Source of the DNA: Candidatus Heimdallarchaeota archaeon
Lineage (GTDB): Archaea > Asgardarchaeota > Heimdallarchaeia > Hodarchaeales > Hodarchaeaceae
Assembly (NCBI GenBank): GCA_020353515.1
Contig: CP070695.1
Coordinates: 2,578,155 to 2,642,154 of the forward strand
Direction of reading: 5' to 3'
DNA length: 64,000 nt
Part shown: positions 1 to 9,361 of the stretch, piece after piece
How the letters are laid out: every line of letters begins with the position of its first letter
Numbering within the stretch: the first letter of the stretch is position 1
Made by a program: the position numbers and the translations under genes
The notes under the pieces: model-generated
What the model was told of the DNA's origin: nothing
The model's input: the letters and a program-made list of their open reading frames with translations, nothing else
The model's database searches: none

Positions 1-600
1 AGCTCTTCGGATGCCCTCATAAAACATCGATGCTGGTTTAGTATTTAGTAAATATGTCTCAACATAGTTCGAAGCTCGTTGAAGTGAACTAGGATTTGGA
101 TTATCAGGATTTACAGCTCCAGCAAGGTCATAGGGAATATATAAACACGCTGTTGCAACCTGATCAGCAGAAAAATCATGACTTTTAATAAAAGCATCTA
201 GATGTTGGTTTACATTCCAATCTCCAGTCTGGATCTTGAGTAATGATGCTATTGTCATGCATGCAGCCCCTCCGAGTAGATCATCCCATGAGATATGCTC
301 TTGTGATGCTTTTGCAAGAGCATCTGCAGATGCTCTTAACCATTGGTTTTCAGAGTTTGGATCTGATAAAAATCGTTGTATAAGTTGAGCACCTGAAAAA
401 TATTGGTAAGCAGCATTTTTGTATTGCCCTCTTTCTAAAAGTTCTCGAGCATACTTCTCAATGAGGGTAATGGTTTCACTAGATGCTCTAGCGCGTTCAG
501 TAGGGTCTTGGATACTACTTAATGAAGCAAGGGCCTCCTGAACATCATTCGCAGTTGTAGATTTACTTAATCGCTCAAAAAGTTCGTTCACGAATGACAT
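1..600 (-). CDS. Partial (runs off left edge) alpha-helical TPR-like hypothetical protein
   Basis: Not in ORF track. Manual translation from ATG at 600 is open to position 1: MSFVNELFERLSKSTTANDVQEALASLSSIQDPTERARASSETITLIEKYARELLERGQYKNAAYQYFSGAQL...; YARELLERGQYKNAAYQY is a TPR-like helix pair. Confidence 0.75.
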   Translation of the reverse strand, partial: MSFVNELFERLSKSTTANDVQEALASLSSIQDPTERARASSETITLIEKYARELLERGQYKNAAYQYFSGAQLIQRFLSDPNSENQWLRASADALAKASQEHISWDDLLGGAACMTIASLLKIQTGDWNVNQHLDAFIKSHDFSADQVATACLYIPYDLAGAVNPDNPNPSSLQRASNYVETYLLNTKPASMFYEGIRRA

Positions 601-1041
601 AATTTTTCTTTCTCCTAGGTAATTCTCATATGAATTAGTTCAACGATCGATCCTATTCTTGAATCTAAGAGAAGAATTTCACCTTTTTAATACTTCGTTT
701 TTTTCCTAATATTTTCTTTCTTTTTACAGGAATGATCAACAGAAAGCTGATGGATTTATTCATGGGAGAATTGGTGATATTTTTAGTAAGAAAAATGTGG
801 GTGTACTGGTAAGGATTATGGAATGTAAAGATTTTAATTACAAATACAAGCCTCTTAATTGTACAAAAATGCAGAAATCATCCAATAAGATTTTTTATTA
901 AAATAATGTTAATTTACACACCTTTAAAAGACAAATTTGGCTTCAACGTTAATTGAAAAATAAATATATCTCTTCCTCTCTTAACTAATACTTATCGTTA
1001 CTCACTATAATGAATTGTAATATATTGATGGAGAAATTGTA

Positions 1042-1749
1042 ATGGTTTTCTTCCTTAGTCAAAAGGAAAACGAAGTCCCTGATATTCTGAAAAAAGATCA
1101 TGCGGCTAAAAAGGCGTATAATGAGATCCTAGCAGGATTAGAGAAGGCACTTATGCTTTATATTTATGATTCTGGCCCGTATCCTCCAGAGGAAGGATCT
1201 CAAATATTACCTTTTGCTGACTTGTCGCACTGGGCAGAACATGATTGGAAATTACTATATCCTAAATTTGAAAAGAAACGGTGGATTGTGGTATATATTG
1301 CTCGTGGCGGTCTACAGCTAATTGATCTTATAGAAAATAAAATTGATGATTTTAGTTGGACCTATATCAAACCCCAGACTGAAGCTCGGGATTTTGAGGA
1401 TGAAGCCATCTTTATGGAGTATCGAGATCCAGTTTTTGAAGAAAAATTCGCTGATTACATGGAGGAAAGTGTTTCCATTCTCTTCGTTGAAGATATTATT
1501 TCAACTGGAGAAAATGTTGAAACAGTTTTTGATCTCACTATGGAAGTTGCTGAAGAGTATAATGTTGAGGTTGGAGATGTCGTTACACTGGCTTTAATTT
1601 CACGGATGCGGAATATTGGAACGATGCCAATTTATGGAGTACAAACTGATATTCAGATTGATCTTCGCTGTTCATGGGGAAATGATCTCCCTGATCGAAT
1701 TGATGCTCGAGATTTTTCAGAAATCAAAGAATATGTTGATGATCATTAA
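1042..1749 (+). CDS. Type I phosphoribosyltransferase-fold protein
   Basis: PRPP-binding motif ILFVEDIISTGENV plus VYIARGGL loop. Confidence 0.75.
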   Translation: MVFFLSQKENEVPDILKKDHAAKKAYNEILAGLEKALMLYIYDSGPYPPEEGSQILPFADLSHWAEHDWKLLYPKFEKKRWIVVYIARGGLQLIDLIENKIDDFSWTYIKPQTEARDFEDEAIFMEYRDPVFEEKFADYMEESVSILFVEDIISTGENVETVFDLTMEVAEEYNVEVGDVVTLALISRMRNIGTMPIYGVQTDIQIDLRCSWGNDLPDRIDARDFSEIKEYVDDH

Positions 1750-1934
1750 GATTATGAGAATTATGAAATTTGAACCACTTTCACATTAGGAATTGCAAGC
1801 ACACTTAACTTTTATAAGAAAAAAATTACTTTTTTAAAGACAAAAAAGGAATAATACTTGAATAGGAAATGAAAAATAGTGACAATATTGAATCATTTAA
1901 ATGTATTTCATTCAGCTATGGGGTGAAATAGGAA

Positions 1935-2918
1935 ATGAGTATAGATATAACCTATATTAAATCTGCTATTGAAACCTTAAGTCTAATTCAGCGTCTGTTT
2001 AACCATTCAGTCGAAACCCAAACAATGAATAAGCTTACTGATTATATTACTCAAATTGAATCTAAAGCTGATGCAAGAGTGAGCTCTGCATTAGGAGCAC
2101 AACTAGGAATTGACGTCCCTGTTGCAGATCAAGAAGGGAAATCACCTAAATATTGGGAAGGAGTACGCGATATGGCACAATTAGCAAAAAAACAGTTTTT
2201 TACGCTTAATGATAACCAAAAATTTACACAATTTCTAACAAACACTAGTGCCAGTCTTTCAGCTAGAATTGCTCCTGAAGAAAAAGCTATTTCTCCATTG
2301 GAAGAATTACTACAAGATAAAGAACCAGTAACAGTAGAAGCACAACCTGCATCTCCATTAGAAGAAATGCTAACACAGCCAGCTCCTACCCCTGTTCCTA
2401 CTTCTACACCAGAACCTACTCCTATCCCTGAACCCACCCCAATAATCGAACCTACTCCTACCCCTGAACCCACTCCTATACCTGAACCCACCCCAATAAT
2501 CGAACCTACTCCTACCCCTGAACCCACTCCTATACCTGAACCCACCCCAATAATCGAACTTACTCCTACCCCTGAACCCACTCCTATACCTGAACCCACC
2601 CCAATTATTGAACCCACTCCCACCCCTGAGCCAATAGTTGAACCTCCTACTCCTGAAATTCCTGATTTAACTCCAACTTTCTCTGTTGATACCCCCGATT
2701 CAAGTGTACCACCACCCCCAGACAAATTTCAAGCTCTCAATGAAGCATTAAAAACCAGTGGTCTCGACCAGCCAACAGAAGAAGTAAGTGAACCCTCACC
2801 GTCATTAACAAGTATGCTTTTGCAAAAAGATGAAACTAGTGACAAAGAAGAAGATGACATGCTGTCTTTATCTTTAAGAGAAGCACTGAAAATACTTCGA
2901 GATGAAGATGAAGATTGA
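1935..2918 (+). CDS. Hypothetical protein: helical N-domain, Pro/Thr-rich tandem-repeat linker, acidic amphipathic C-terminal helix
   Basis: 327-aa ORF; PEPTPI repeats; C-terminus EEDDMLSLSLREALKILRDEDED; overlaps the next gene. Confidence 0.75.
   Translation: MSIDITYIKSAIETLSLIQRLFNHSVETQTMNKLTDYITQIESKADARVSSALGAQLGIDVPVADQEGKSPKYWEGVRDMAQLAKKQFFTLNDNQKFTQFLTNTSASLSARIAPEEKAISPLEELLQDKEPVTVEAQPASPLEEMLTQPAPTPVPTSTPEPTPIPEPTPIIEPTPTPEPTPIPEPTPIIEPTPTPEPTPIPEPTPIIELTPTPEPTPIPEPTPIIEPTPTPEPIVEPPTPEIPDLTPTFSVDTPDSSVPPPPDKFQALNEALKTSGLDQPTEEVSEPSPSLTSMLLQKDETSDKEEDDMLSLSLREALKILRDEDED
2409..2633 (+). repeat. Coding tandem repeat, 54-bp unit (PEPTPIPEPTPIIEPTPT) x4
   Basis: Repeated cctgaacccaccccaataatcgaacctactcctacc units read directly. 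Confidence 0.9.
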
Positions 2919-3751
2919 GGAGATCTTTTATGAGTGAGAAGAATATCGTTCTTACTTGTATTTGGAGATCAGATGATTTTGCTGTTTCTGAGACCAGAGT
3001 CCACCCTTCTGAGAATGAGGCTGTTTTAATTATTGATGAAAACACTGAAAAAATCTCCATCCAAATCCCTCGGCATTTTTCGTTGATTACGAAAAAGATA
3101 ATTGAACGACGTGTTCAAAGCATATCAAAAAGCGGCTTTTTAATCCCAAAAACTCAAGTGAGAATTGGTACAGGATTTGAAGTAGAAATCGTTACGGAGG
3201 AAGAAATACCAGAAGTTCTCCTCCAAGAGGGTCATAAATATTCGCTAGACAGACCTACAGCTCCTACTGAGTCCCCTAGCCAGCCTGAAACAGATGTAGC
3301 GGAAGAAGAATATGTTCCTACTTTTTTGACTCAAGAACAACCGGTATCAGACACTTCAACCATTGTAAAGGCAGAACCAGGAGTAGAGGTGACAGAAGAG
3401 GAATATGTTCCTACCTTTTTGACTCAAGAACGATCAGTATCAGACACTTCGACCATGGTACCAGCAGAACCACCAGCTCCTGAAACTTTGCCCCCCAAAA
3501 CACCAGAGACAGAACTATTTGTACATGATGCTGAAAGTATTGCAGGTCGCTTTATAATAGCCCTTACTAAAACGGGTGATGTCTATGTTACCCATAAGAA
3601 TGATCAGTATTCTGTGGAATACTCTGCAGGTCGCGTAGATTTTCGGATTCATGATGGAGACATTAAAATAATCATGACTAAGCGTATTACTAAAGATGAT
3701 CAATCGTTGAAGCAAGCTATTCTTACTGCAACCCGGAAAAAATCATCTTAG
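2915..3751 (+). CDS. Protein with divergent gelsolin-like N-terminal domain, duplicated acidic motif and small C-terminal domain
   Basis: AVLIIDENTEKISIQIPRHFSLITKKIIERRVQSI parallels VYIIVDENARKIFIWKGEKAPVRRKFISAKAAQQM of ORF 9362; EEEYVPTFLTQE occurs twice. Confidence 0.55.
   Translation: MRRSFMSEKNIVLTCIWRSDDFAVSETRVHPSENEAVLIIDENTEKISIQIPRHFSLITKKIIERRVQSISKSGFLIPKTQVRIGTGFEVEIVTEEEIPEVLLQEGHKYSLDRPTAPTESPSQPETDVAEEEYVPTFLTQEQPVSDTSTIVKAEPGVEVTEEEYVPTFLTQERSVSDTSTMVPAEPPAPETLPPKTPETELFVHDAESIAGRFIIALTKTGDVYVTHKNDQYSVEYSAGRVDFRIHDGDIKIIMTKRITKDDQSLKQAILTATRKKSS
3302..3460 (+). repeat. Imperfect ~66-bp direct repeat (3302-3367, 3395-3460) encoding EEEYVPTFLTQExxVSDTSTxV
   Basis: Two near-identical copies 93 bp apart. 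Confidence 0.85.
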
Positions 3752-3786
3752 CTTTAGATTCTTAACTAATCACAATTACTTGAGCT

Positions 3787-6147
3787 TTATATTACGATCT
3801 CTCGACTACGAGTTGTATATGTCATTAATTCTTGGGAAAACAACTCGACTAGGTTTTCATTAGCGGTAATTACTCCGATTAATCCTTCTTTTTCTGGATG
3901 TTTAGGTTCAGGACAAACCAACAGCTCTTCAGAATCACGAATGCAACCCCAAAAATCCACTGTGTCCAGTTGTTTTAGCCTAACATTAGCAGATGATAAA
4001 ATTTTCTTTAGTGTTGACTCAGGAACTTTTCTAAAGTCTCCAATAATACTTATCCGAGTCCTTGTTGGTAGTTTAGAGGCTGTAATTAAGGTTTGGAGCT
4101 CTGGACGAGGCATTAGGATAGTCAAAGATGCCTTTGCTCGTAATGTCAAGTCTCTTAGCATCATTATAATAGCTGTTTCTCCAATAACTAAATCAGTAGA
4201 GAGAAAAGAAGGCTCTATATCTGAAATATCGACAGCTTGTGATAATTCAGAGATTTTATTAAGTTTTTGTTTCATCTCTTTAATAGAAAAGGATAAAGCG
4301 GATATCTCATGCTCTAATTGCTGCTCAACTTTGGTTATCTGAGAATTTAGAATCTCTTTAGTTCTATTCAAAGTTAAATTAACCTCATCTGACTGGGCGT
4401 TTGCAAAATTTGCTGTAAAAGCTTTTAGACCAGAAACATACACATCAAACTTGTTTTCTAGATCAGTGACCTTTGTCAGTACACTCTTCAATCCTTCGGC
4501 AGAATTTTCACTTAACTCATCGATGTCACTTTGTAAGCCCTTAAAACTGCTTTTTTCCACATCAAAAACTGGTTCCTTTTCAAGATATTCCTTTAAATTA
4601 GCTTCAAACTCTTTTTCGGTTTGTTGGACTAAAATAAAGAGATTATCAAGAAAATCAGTACTCAACTCTTCTAATTTTTTGTTGAAACCATTTACTTTTT
4701 CATTAAAAACAGATTCGCCAGCCTCGATTTGTGTTTTCATCCCCTGATTTTTAGTGTGGAGAAATTCTTTGAACGATGTTCTAAATTCAGAGCAGATTTT
4801 CAATTTAATTTCTTGTAGGTTGCGTGAAAGGAGTTTTACTTCTTCATCTAGTATCTTTCGTACTTCATTTATGCCGATTTCAGTTGCTTGTACAATTTCA
4901 TCCTCTATTTCATTCAATGTGTTATTCAATCTGTCAATATCTTCTAGAATCTTTGATTGCTCTTTTAAGGTCTGTAAAATCGTTCTTCTATTTTCATCTA
5001 TTTTAGTTAGATTAGAAATAAACTCTTCTTTCCCTTTAAACAATTTTCTACTCTGTATATCGTCTATTGAGCTTTTTAACAAAGGTTCTATGTTATTAAG
5101 CCCATTTTCTAGGCCTGAATAAAGATTCCTCACCGTATCATCAATTTCTTTATATCCTTGCCTTGTGTCAAGGAAGTTTGATTTTTTCTGGTGAGCATTT
5201 GACTTGAGATTTTCAAGTAATGAGTTTCTCTTTTCGATTTTCTCATTAAAAACTTTTTCTTCATCTAAACGATCGGATTCAAATTGGTTAAGCACTTCAT
5301 CCATATTCTCTGAATGTTCTCTTATTTGGTTGTCAATACTAATCATTTCGGACTCAAGATTTGCCTTATTTTCCCTCATGAGTTTTTCAAGGTCATTATT
5401 TGTCATTTCAGAAAGAGTTTCAAATTTCTGTGTTATTTCGTCTGTGTATGGACTGAAAATACCGGAGATATCCTCTAGTTTTGTAAGATTTTGTTTAGTG
5501 ATTTCTTTATTTAGTTCTTCAAAACGCTCTATTGTGTTTTGAACCTTGATTTTAAGTTCCTCATTATTCTTTTGGATTTTAGTATTTGTAAATTCTGCTG
5601 TTGTTCGTAAACTATCTGTTAATTCATTGAAGTTCAATTTAATTGGGGATAAGCTCTCAGAGAAATCATCTTCTAATTTAATTATATATTGTTGATTCTT
5701 TTCTGTTGTTTCAGCAAAAATTTCAGAAATCTGCTTTATATCTTCCTGAAAACCAGTTGATGCTTCTTTTCGAATGTTTACTAGAGTAAATGGATCATAT
5801 GCGAGAAAAAATGCCTTTAAAAAAGGTTCCAAGGCAATATAGCGTCCCACTTTCCCAGGGATTCTTTTTGCTAATTTACTTCCTTCTAGAATTAGAAGTG
5901 CTTCTTGTGTTTTTATATAATCCAATCCTGATAATAAACTGATTTGGCCAAGAGTTGCCATACCTAGAGAAAGTAAACTTAAGTATACTTTTCCTTGATC
6001 ATCATCAGTTAACCCAAGAATTGGGATAATTGCTTTAATTTCTTCTGAAGATATCTTCAGTCCAACCATTATCCTTTCCAACCTTTCTGTATTTTTTTCA
6101 CTAGTGTCCATGTGATTAGTTAGAATAATAGATCTTTCTTCAAACAA
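3787..6147 (-). CDS. TrmB-type wHTH + long coiled coil + PLD-like TrmB C-terminal domain
   Basis: N-term LGLTDDDQGKVYLSLLSLGMATLGQISLLSGL...GKVGRYIALEP is TrmB HTH; ~500 aa heptad-rich middle; C-term IGETAIIMMLRDLTLRAKASLTILMP. Confidence 0.7.
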   Translation of the reverse strand: MFEERSIILTNHMDTSEKNTERLERIMVGLKISSEEIKAIIPILGLTDDDQGKVYLSLLSLGMATLGQISLLSGLDYIKTQEALLILEGSKLAKRIPGKVGRYIALEPFLKAFFLAYDPFTLVNIRKEASTGFQEDIKQISEIFAETTEKNQQYIIKLEDDFSESLSPIKLNFNELTDSLRTTAEFTNTKIQKNNEELKIKVQNTIERFEELNKEITKQNLTKLEDISGIFSPYTDEITQKFETLSEMTNNDLEKLMRENKANLESEMISIDNQIREHSENMDEVLNQFESDRLDEEKVFNEKIEKRNSLLENLKSNAHQKKSNFLDTRQGYKEIDDTVRNLYSGLENGLNNIEPLLKSSIDDIQSRKLFKGKEEFISNLTKIDENRRTILQTLKEQSKILEDIDRLNNTLNEIEDEIVQATEIGINEVRKILDEEVKLLSRNLQEIKLKICSEFRTSFKEFLHTKNQGMKTQIEAGESVFNEKVNGFNKKLEELSTDFLDNLFILVQQTEKEFEANLKEYLEKEPVFDVEKSSFKGLQSDIDELSENSAEGLKSVLTKVTDLENKFDVYVSGLKAFTANFANAQSDEVNLTLNRTKEILNSQITKVEQQLEHEISALSFSIKEMKQKLNKISELSQAVDISDIEPSFLSTDLVIGETAIIMMLRDLTLRAKASLTILMPRPELQTLITASKLPTRTRISIIGDFRKVPESTLKKILSSANVRLKQLDTVDFWGCIRDSEELLVCPEPKHPEKEGLIGVITANENLVELFSQELMTYTTRSREIVI

Positions 6148-6576
6148 CGATTTGGTTCTTATGGAAGTGAAGACATATTACTGATTTTTAAGAGTATGTT
6201 TAGAACTTTGGAAATCTATTTTTTAATATGATAAGACCTTTTCATCATTCTTTATCTATCCCGACAATAAAAAGAATATCTGCTTTAGTAAAATAACAGA
6301 AATGTTCCTTTATATAGGATTATATAGAAATCGTTTGCTAGATTCCTTACCTCTTTCAGATAGTAATAAATAGAGGAGTTAATACAAGATTTCTTGAAAG
6401 CCTGTTGGATACTCCTGAGTGTTAAGATTTGTTTGGAAGTGTTTAAAAAATAACTAAAAATAAGAGTTCATAGCAAGTATTTAAGTATCTAATTATTAAC
6501 CTTTTAATTTGAAACATTCACAAGTTCTAGAAGCCATAAGAAGAATGCGAATAGGAGCTGACTTCAACTGCTACTT

Positions 6577-7131
6577 ATGAAAGTCTGTTTGCTAGGCGAT
6601 GGTGCTGTAGGAAAAACTGCTTTACGCGAGCGGTATTTAGGTAAGCAATTTTCTAGTGGATACGTGATGACGATAGGAGCAGACTTTGCTGTTAAGAAAA
6701 CAAAGATTCAAACTGAAGAAGGAGAAAAAGACGTCAAATTTCAAATCTGGGATCTCGCAGGACAACCTCGATTCAATAGTGTCCGAGAACTCTATTACAA
6801 GGGTTCTCATGGAGGACTATTGGTTTTTGATATCACGCGACGAGACTCTTTTACTAATCTAAATAATTGGATAGACGAACTATACAAGAATTCTGGAAGA
6901 GGAGCAATGCCTGTCGCCGTTTTAGGAAACAAAGTGGATCTTAGGAATGAAGTGGATGACAGTGTCACTCACGAGGAGGGGATGGAATATGCTGAAAATC
7001 TCAAAAAGGAGCTACAATTCAATTGTGATATTCCCTACTTAGAAACTTCAGCAAAAACTGGTGAGAATGTAGATGAGTCATTTGCTATGTTGGCTCATAA
7101 TATCAGAGAATTTTTAATGCAATTGAAATAA
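6577..7131 (+). CDS. Rab-like small GTPase
   Basis: G1 GDGAVGKT, G2 TIGADF, G3 WDLAGQ, G4 NKVD, G5 ETSAK; no C-terminal Cys prenylation motif. Confidence 0.95.
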   Translation: MKVCLLGDGAVGKTALRERYLGKQFSSGYVMTIGADFAVKKTKIQTEEGEKDVKFQIWDLAGQPRFNSVRELYYKGSHGGLLVFDITRRDSFTNLNNWIDELYKNSGRGAMPVAVLGNKVDLRNEVDDSVTHEEGMEYAENLKKELQFNCDIPYLETSAKTGENVDESFAMLAHNIREFLMQLK

Positions 7132-7148
7132 ATGAGAGCGACCTACGA

Positions 7149-7721
7149 TTGGTCACTATTCTTCGAATTGGTCATCGAATCAAACGAGATAAGAGAATAA
7201 CTACTCATTTGGCTCTTGTAGCACGAGCTTTTGGGGTGGAACGTTTAGTCATCGCTGGAGATAAAGACGAAAATTTACTTAACACACTTGCAAAAGTTAA
7301 TTCTGAATGGGGAGGAAACTTACAACTAAAATTAATCCCTTATGATGATTGGAAAACGTTTATTCATAACTGGAAAGCTGACACGAGAAAAAGAATTGTA
7401 CATCTCACAATGTATGGAGAAAACCTTTCTATTTTTGAGAAATCAAAAGAATTTTTAAGTTTGAAAAAACTATCACAGGGGTCTTCTGACCTTTTAGTGG
7501 TAGTTGGAGGTGAAAAAATTCCTGGTAAGGTTTTTAAAATTGCTGATTGGAATATTGCCATTTCTAACCAGCCTCATTCAGAAGTAGCATCTCTTGCAGT
7601 TTTTCTGGATCATATAAAAGACAATGCCTTACAAATACAGTTTTCAAATGCTATTAAACAGATTATTCCCTCAATGGAAGGTAATAAGATTTTATTAGGA
7701 AATAGGAAGAATGGAAAGTAA
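7149..7721 (+). CDS. trm56: tRNA (cytidine56-2'-O)-methyltransferase (SPOUT)
   Basis: LRIGHRIKRDKRITTHLALVARAFG, VHLTMYG, VVGGEKIP, NQPHSEVASLAVFLD. Confidence 0.95.
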   Translation: MVTILRIGHRIKRDKRITTHLALVARAFGVERLVIAGDKDENLLNTLAKVNSEWGGNLQLKLIPYDDWKTFIHNWKADTRKRIVHLTMYGENLSIFEKSKEFLSLKKLSQGSSDLLVVVGGEKIPGKVFKIADWNIAISNQPHSEVASLAVFLDHIKDNALQIQFSNAIKQIIPSMEGNKILLGNRKNGK

Positions 7722-8226
7722 AAGAAAAGTCCAGATCGGTATTATCGGAGATTCAAAGATAAGGAACAAAAATCAATATGAGATTTGTTATGAGATTGGA
7801 AAAGAAGTCGCTCTAGCAGATGCAATTTTAATTTGTGGGGGACGTGGAGGAGTTATGGCTGCTGCTTGTAAAGGTGTTTATGACGCAGGGGGGATTTCAG
7901 TTGGCATATTACCCGAGGATGAGAATGATCCCGAGGTTAATGAATATATAACCGTTAGAATCCCCACTTTTTTGCATTGGGCACGAAATGTCTTAGTCCC
8001 CCTAGCCTCAGACGGTGTGATCGCCTGTGGAGGTGGTGCGGGAACTTTGAGTGAATTAGCTTTTACTTGGATGAGGGAAAAACCATTGGTTTGTATAAAT
8101 TCAGTTTCAGGATGGAGTCGGGAAATTAGTGAACGTGGATATATAGACCATCGAAGTTCGAAAGGTCAAATTTTGACTGCAAAAACGGGATCGGAGGCGG
8201 TCATGAAAGTGCTAGAGGCAATTTAA
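7711..8226 (+). CDS. TIGR00725-type LOG/Smf-like nucleotide-binding protein
   Basis: LICGGRGGVMAAACKG, GILP, ARN, GGGAGTLSE. Confidence 0.85.
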   Translation: MESKRKVQIGIIGDSKIRNKNQYEICYEIGKEVALADAILICGGRGGVMAAACKGVYDAGGISVGILPEDENDPEVNEYITVRIPTFLHWARNVLVPLASDGVIACGGGAGTLSELAFTWMREKPLVCINSVSGWSREISERGYIDHRSSKGQILTAKTGSEAVMKVLEAI

Positions 8227-9056
8227 GGCCTAAATAATGAAAGAAGTCCAGATTGCGATTTACCACTAAAAATTTCGAAAAGACCATCACATAATCCCTT
8301 TAATAAGCCATCTTTTTTAGAATTAATTAAATCAGAATAATCTGATATTGTAGAATGGAACTCCGAATGATTATTTGTCTGTACTGCGCCAAAGATTCTC
8401 GAAGCAATCTCATAATAGTTTTTCGATTCAGAATCATAGGAATCGATCGGTTCTTCAATTGAATGGAGATATTTACCACAGCTTTCTATTTCATAAGCAT
8501 TAATTTCAGCAAGGGTTAAATACGCTCTCATTTTCGGAGAGAGAGAGGATAGTTCATTATACCAAGAGTTTAATGTCTCAAAACAGGACACATAATCCTT
8601 CTTATAACAGAGAATTCCTGCATAACAGAAATAAAGATCAGATATTACACTTTTATTGAAATTTGTCTTACTAACAAAATTATCTAAATATGAAAGGAAT
8701 TCTGATACTTGAAAAGCTTTTTCTACCATTATCTGATTACAAAAGGTTTGAATACAGTTTTCTAGATTCTCCTCTCTAAATAAAGCAAAAAATATTGGAA
8801 TTAAATCAGCAAAGGTATGTTCTTTAATTTTTGGACGGATACTAGTAATAAGACTAAGTCCCAAATTACACGCTAGTTTTTCTTGTTTTCCTGTTGCAAA
8901 AAGAGGAATGGTGTTAGAAAGGATCATTTTAGCATGATCAGGGTTATTAAAAAGAATTGTTCTTTGAATAGCTCCTTTCAACATTTGGAACCCATCGAAC
9001 CAGTGGCCTTGTTTGAGCTCATCCAATCCTCTTTCAAACCAAGGATCTTTTTTCAT
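8223..9056 (-). CDS. Alpha-solenoid protein with Get4-like N-terminus (tentative)
   Basis: All-helical; N-terminal ~70 aa resembles the eukaryotic Get4/TRC35 N-terminal helices (see finding). Confidence 0.5.
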   Translation of the reverse strand: MKKDPWFERGLDELKQGHWFDGFQMLKGAIQRTILFNNPDHAKMILSNTIPLFATGKQEKLACNLGLSLITSIRPKIKEHTFADLIPIFFALFREENLENCIQTFCNQIMVEKAFQVSEFLSYLDNFVSKTNFNKSVISDLYFCYAGILCYKKDYVSCFETLNSWYNELSSLSPKMRAYLTLAEINAYEIESCGKYLHSIEEPIDSYDSESKNYYEIASRIFGAVQTNNHSEFHSTISDYSDLINSKKDGLLKGLCDGLFEIFSGKSQSGLLSLFRP

Positions 9057-9361
9057 TTTTATTCTCCTTTAGCGGTAACTCTAAATGGTCTCTTGAATTC
9101 TAACGCCATGAAATATTTAAACAAAAATCTCTATGAAATAAACAGAGAAATCCCTTTGAGTGTTATTCCTATCCTATTAATTGACATCTGGATACCTTAT
9201 CATCTTCCTAAATTTAGAATCAATAGATTCTAAAAAACATAAAAAGAATGATTTTAAAATAACGCGCGAATAACCAATTAAAACAGTTATAATAATATAT
9301 TTAACTAGCAAGAACTATCAAGCTTTATAAAATCGTAACGGGTATAGAGTGTTGATATACT

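Noticed and set aside
2129-2725. 198-aa Gly/Val-rich minus-strand ORF
   Set aside because: Antisense shadow of the Pro/Thr repeat in ORF 1935-2918
3941-5542. Series of Ser/Phe-rich plus-strand ORFs
   Set aside because: Antisense shadows of the coiled-coil TrmB gene
6545-6565. Upstream ataggagctgactt resembling the Rab gene's own IGADF codons
   Set aside because: Only ~14 bp and overlaps a Shine-Dalgarno-like ggag; probably chance
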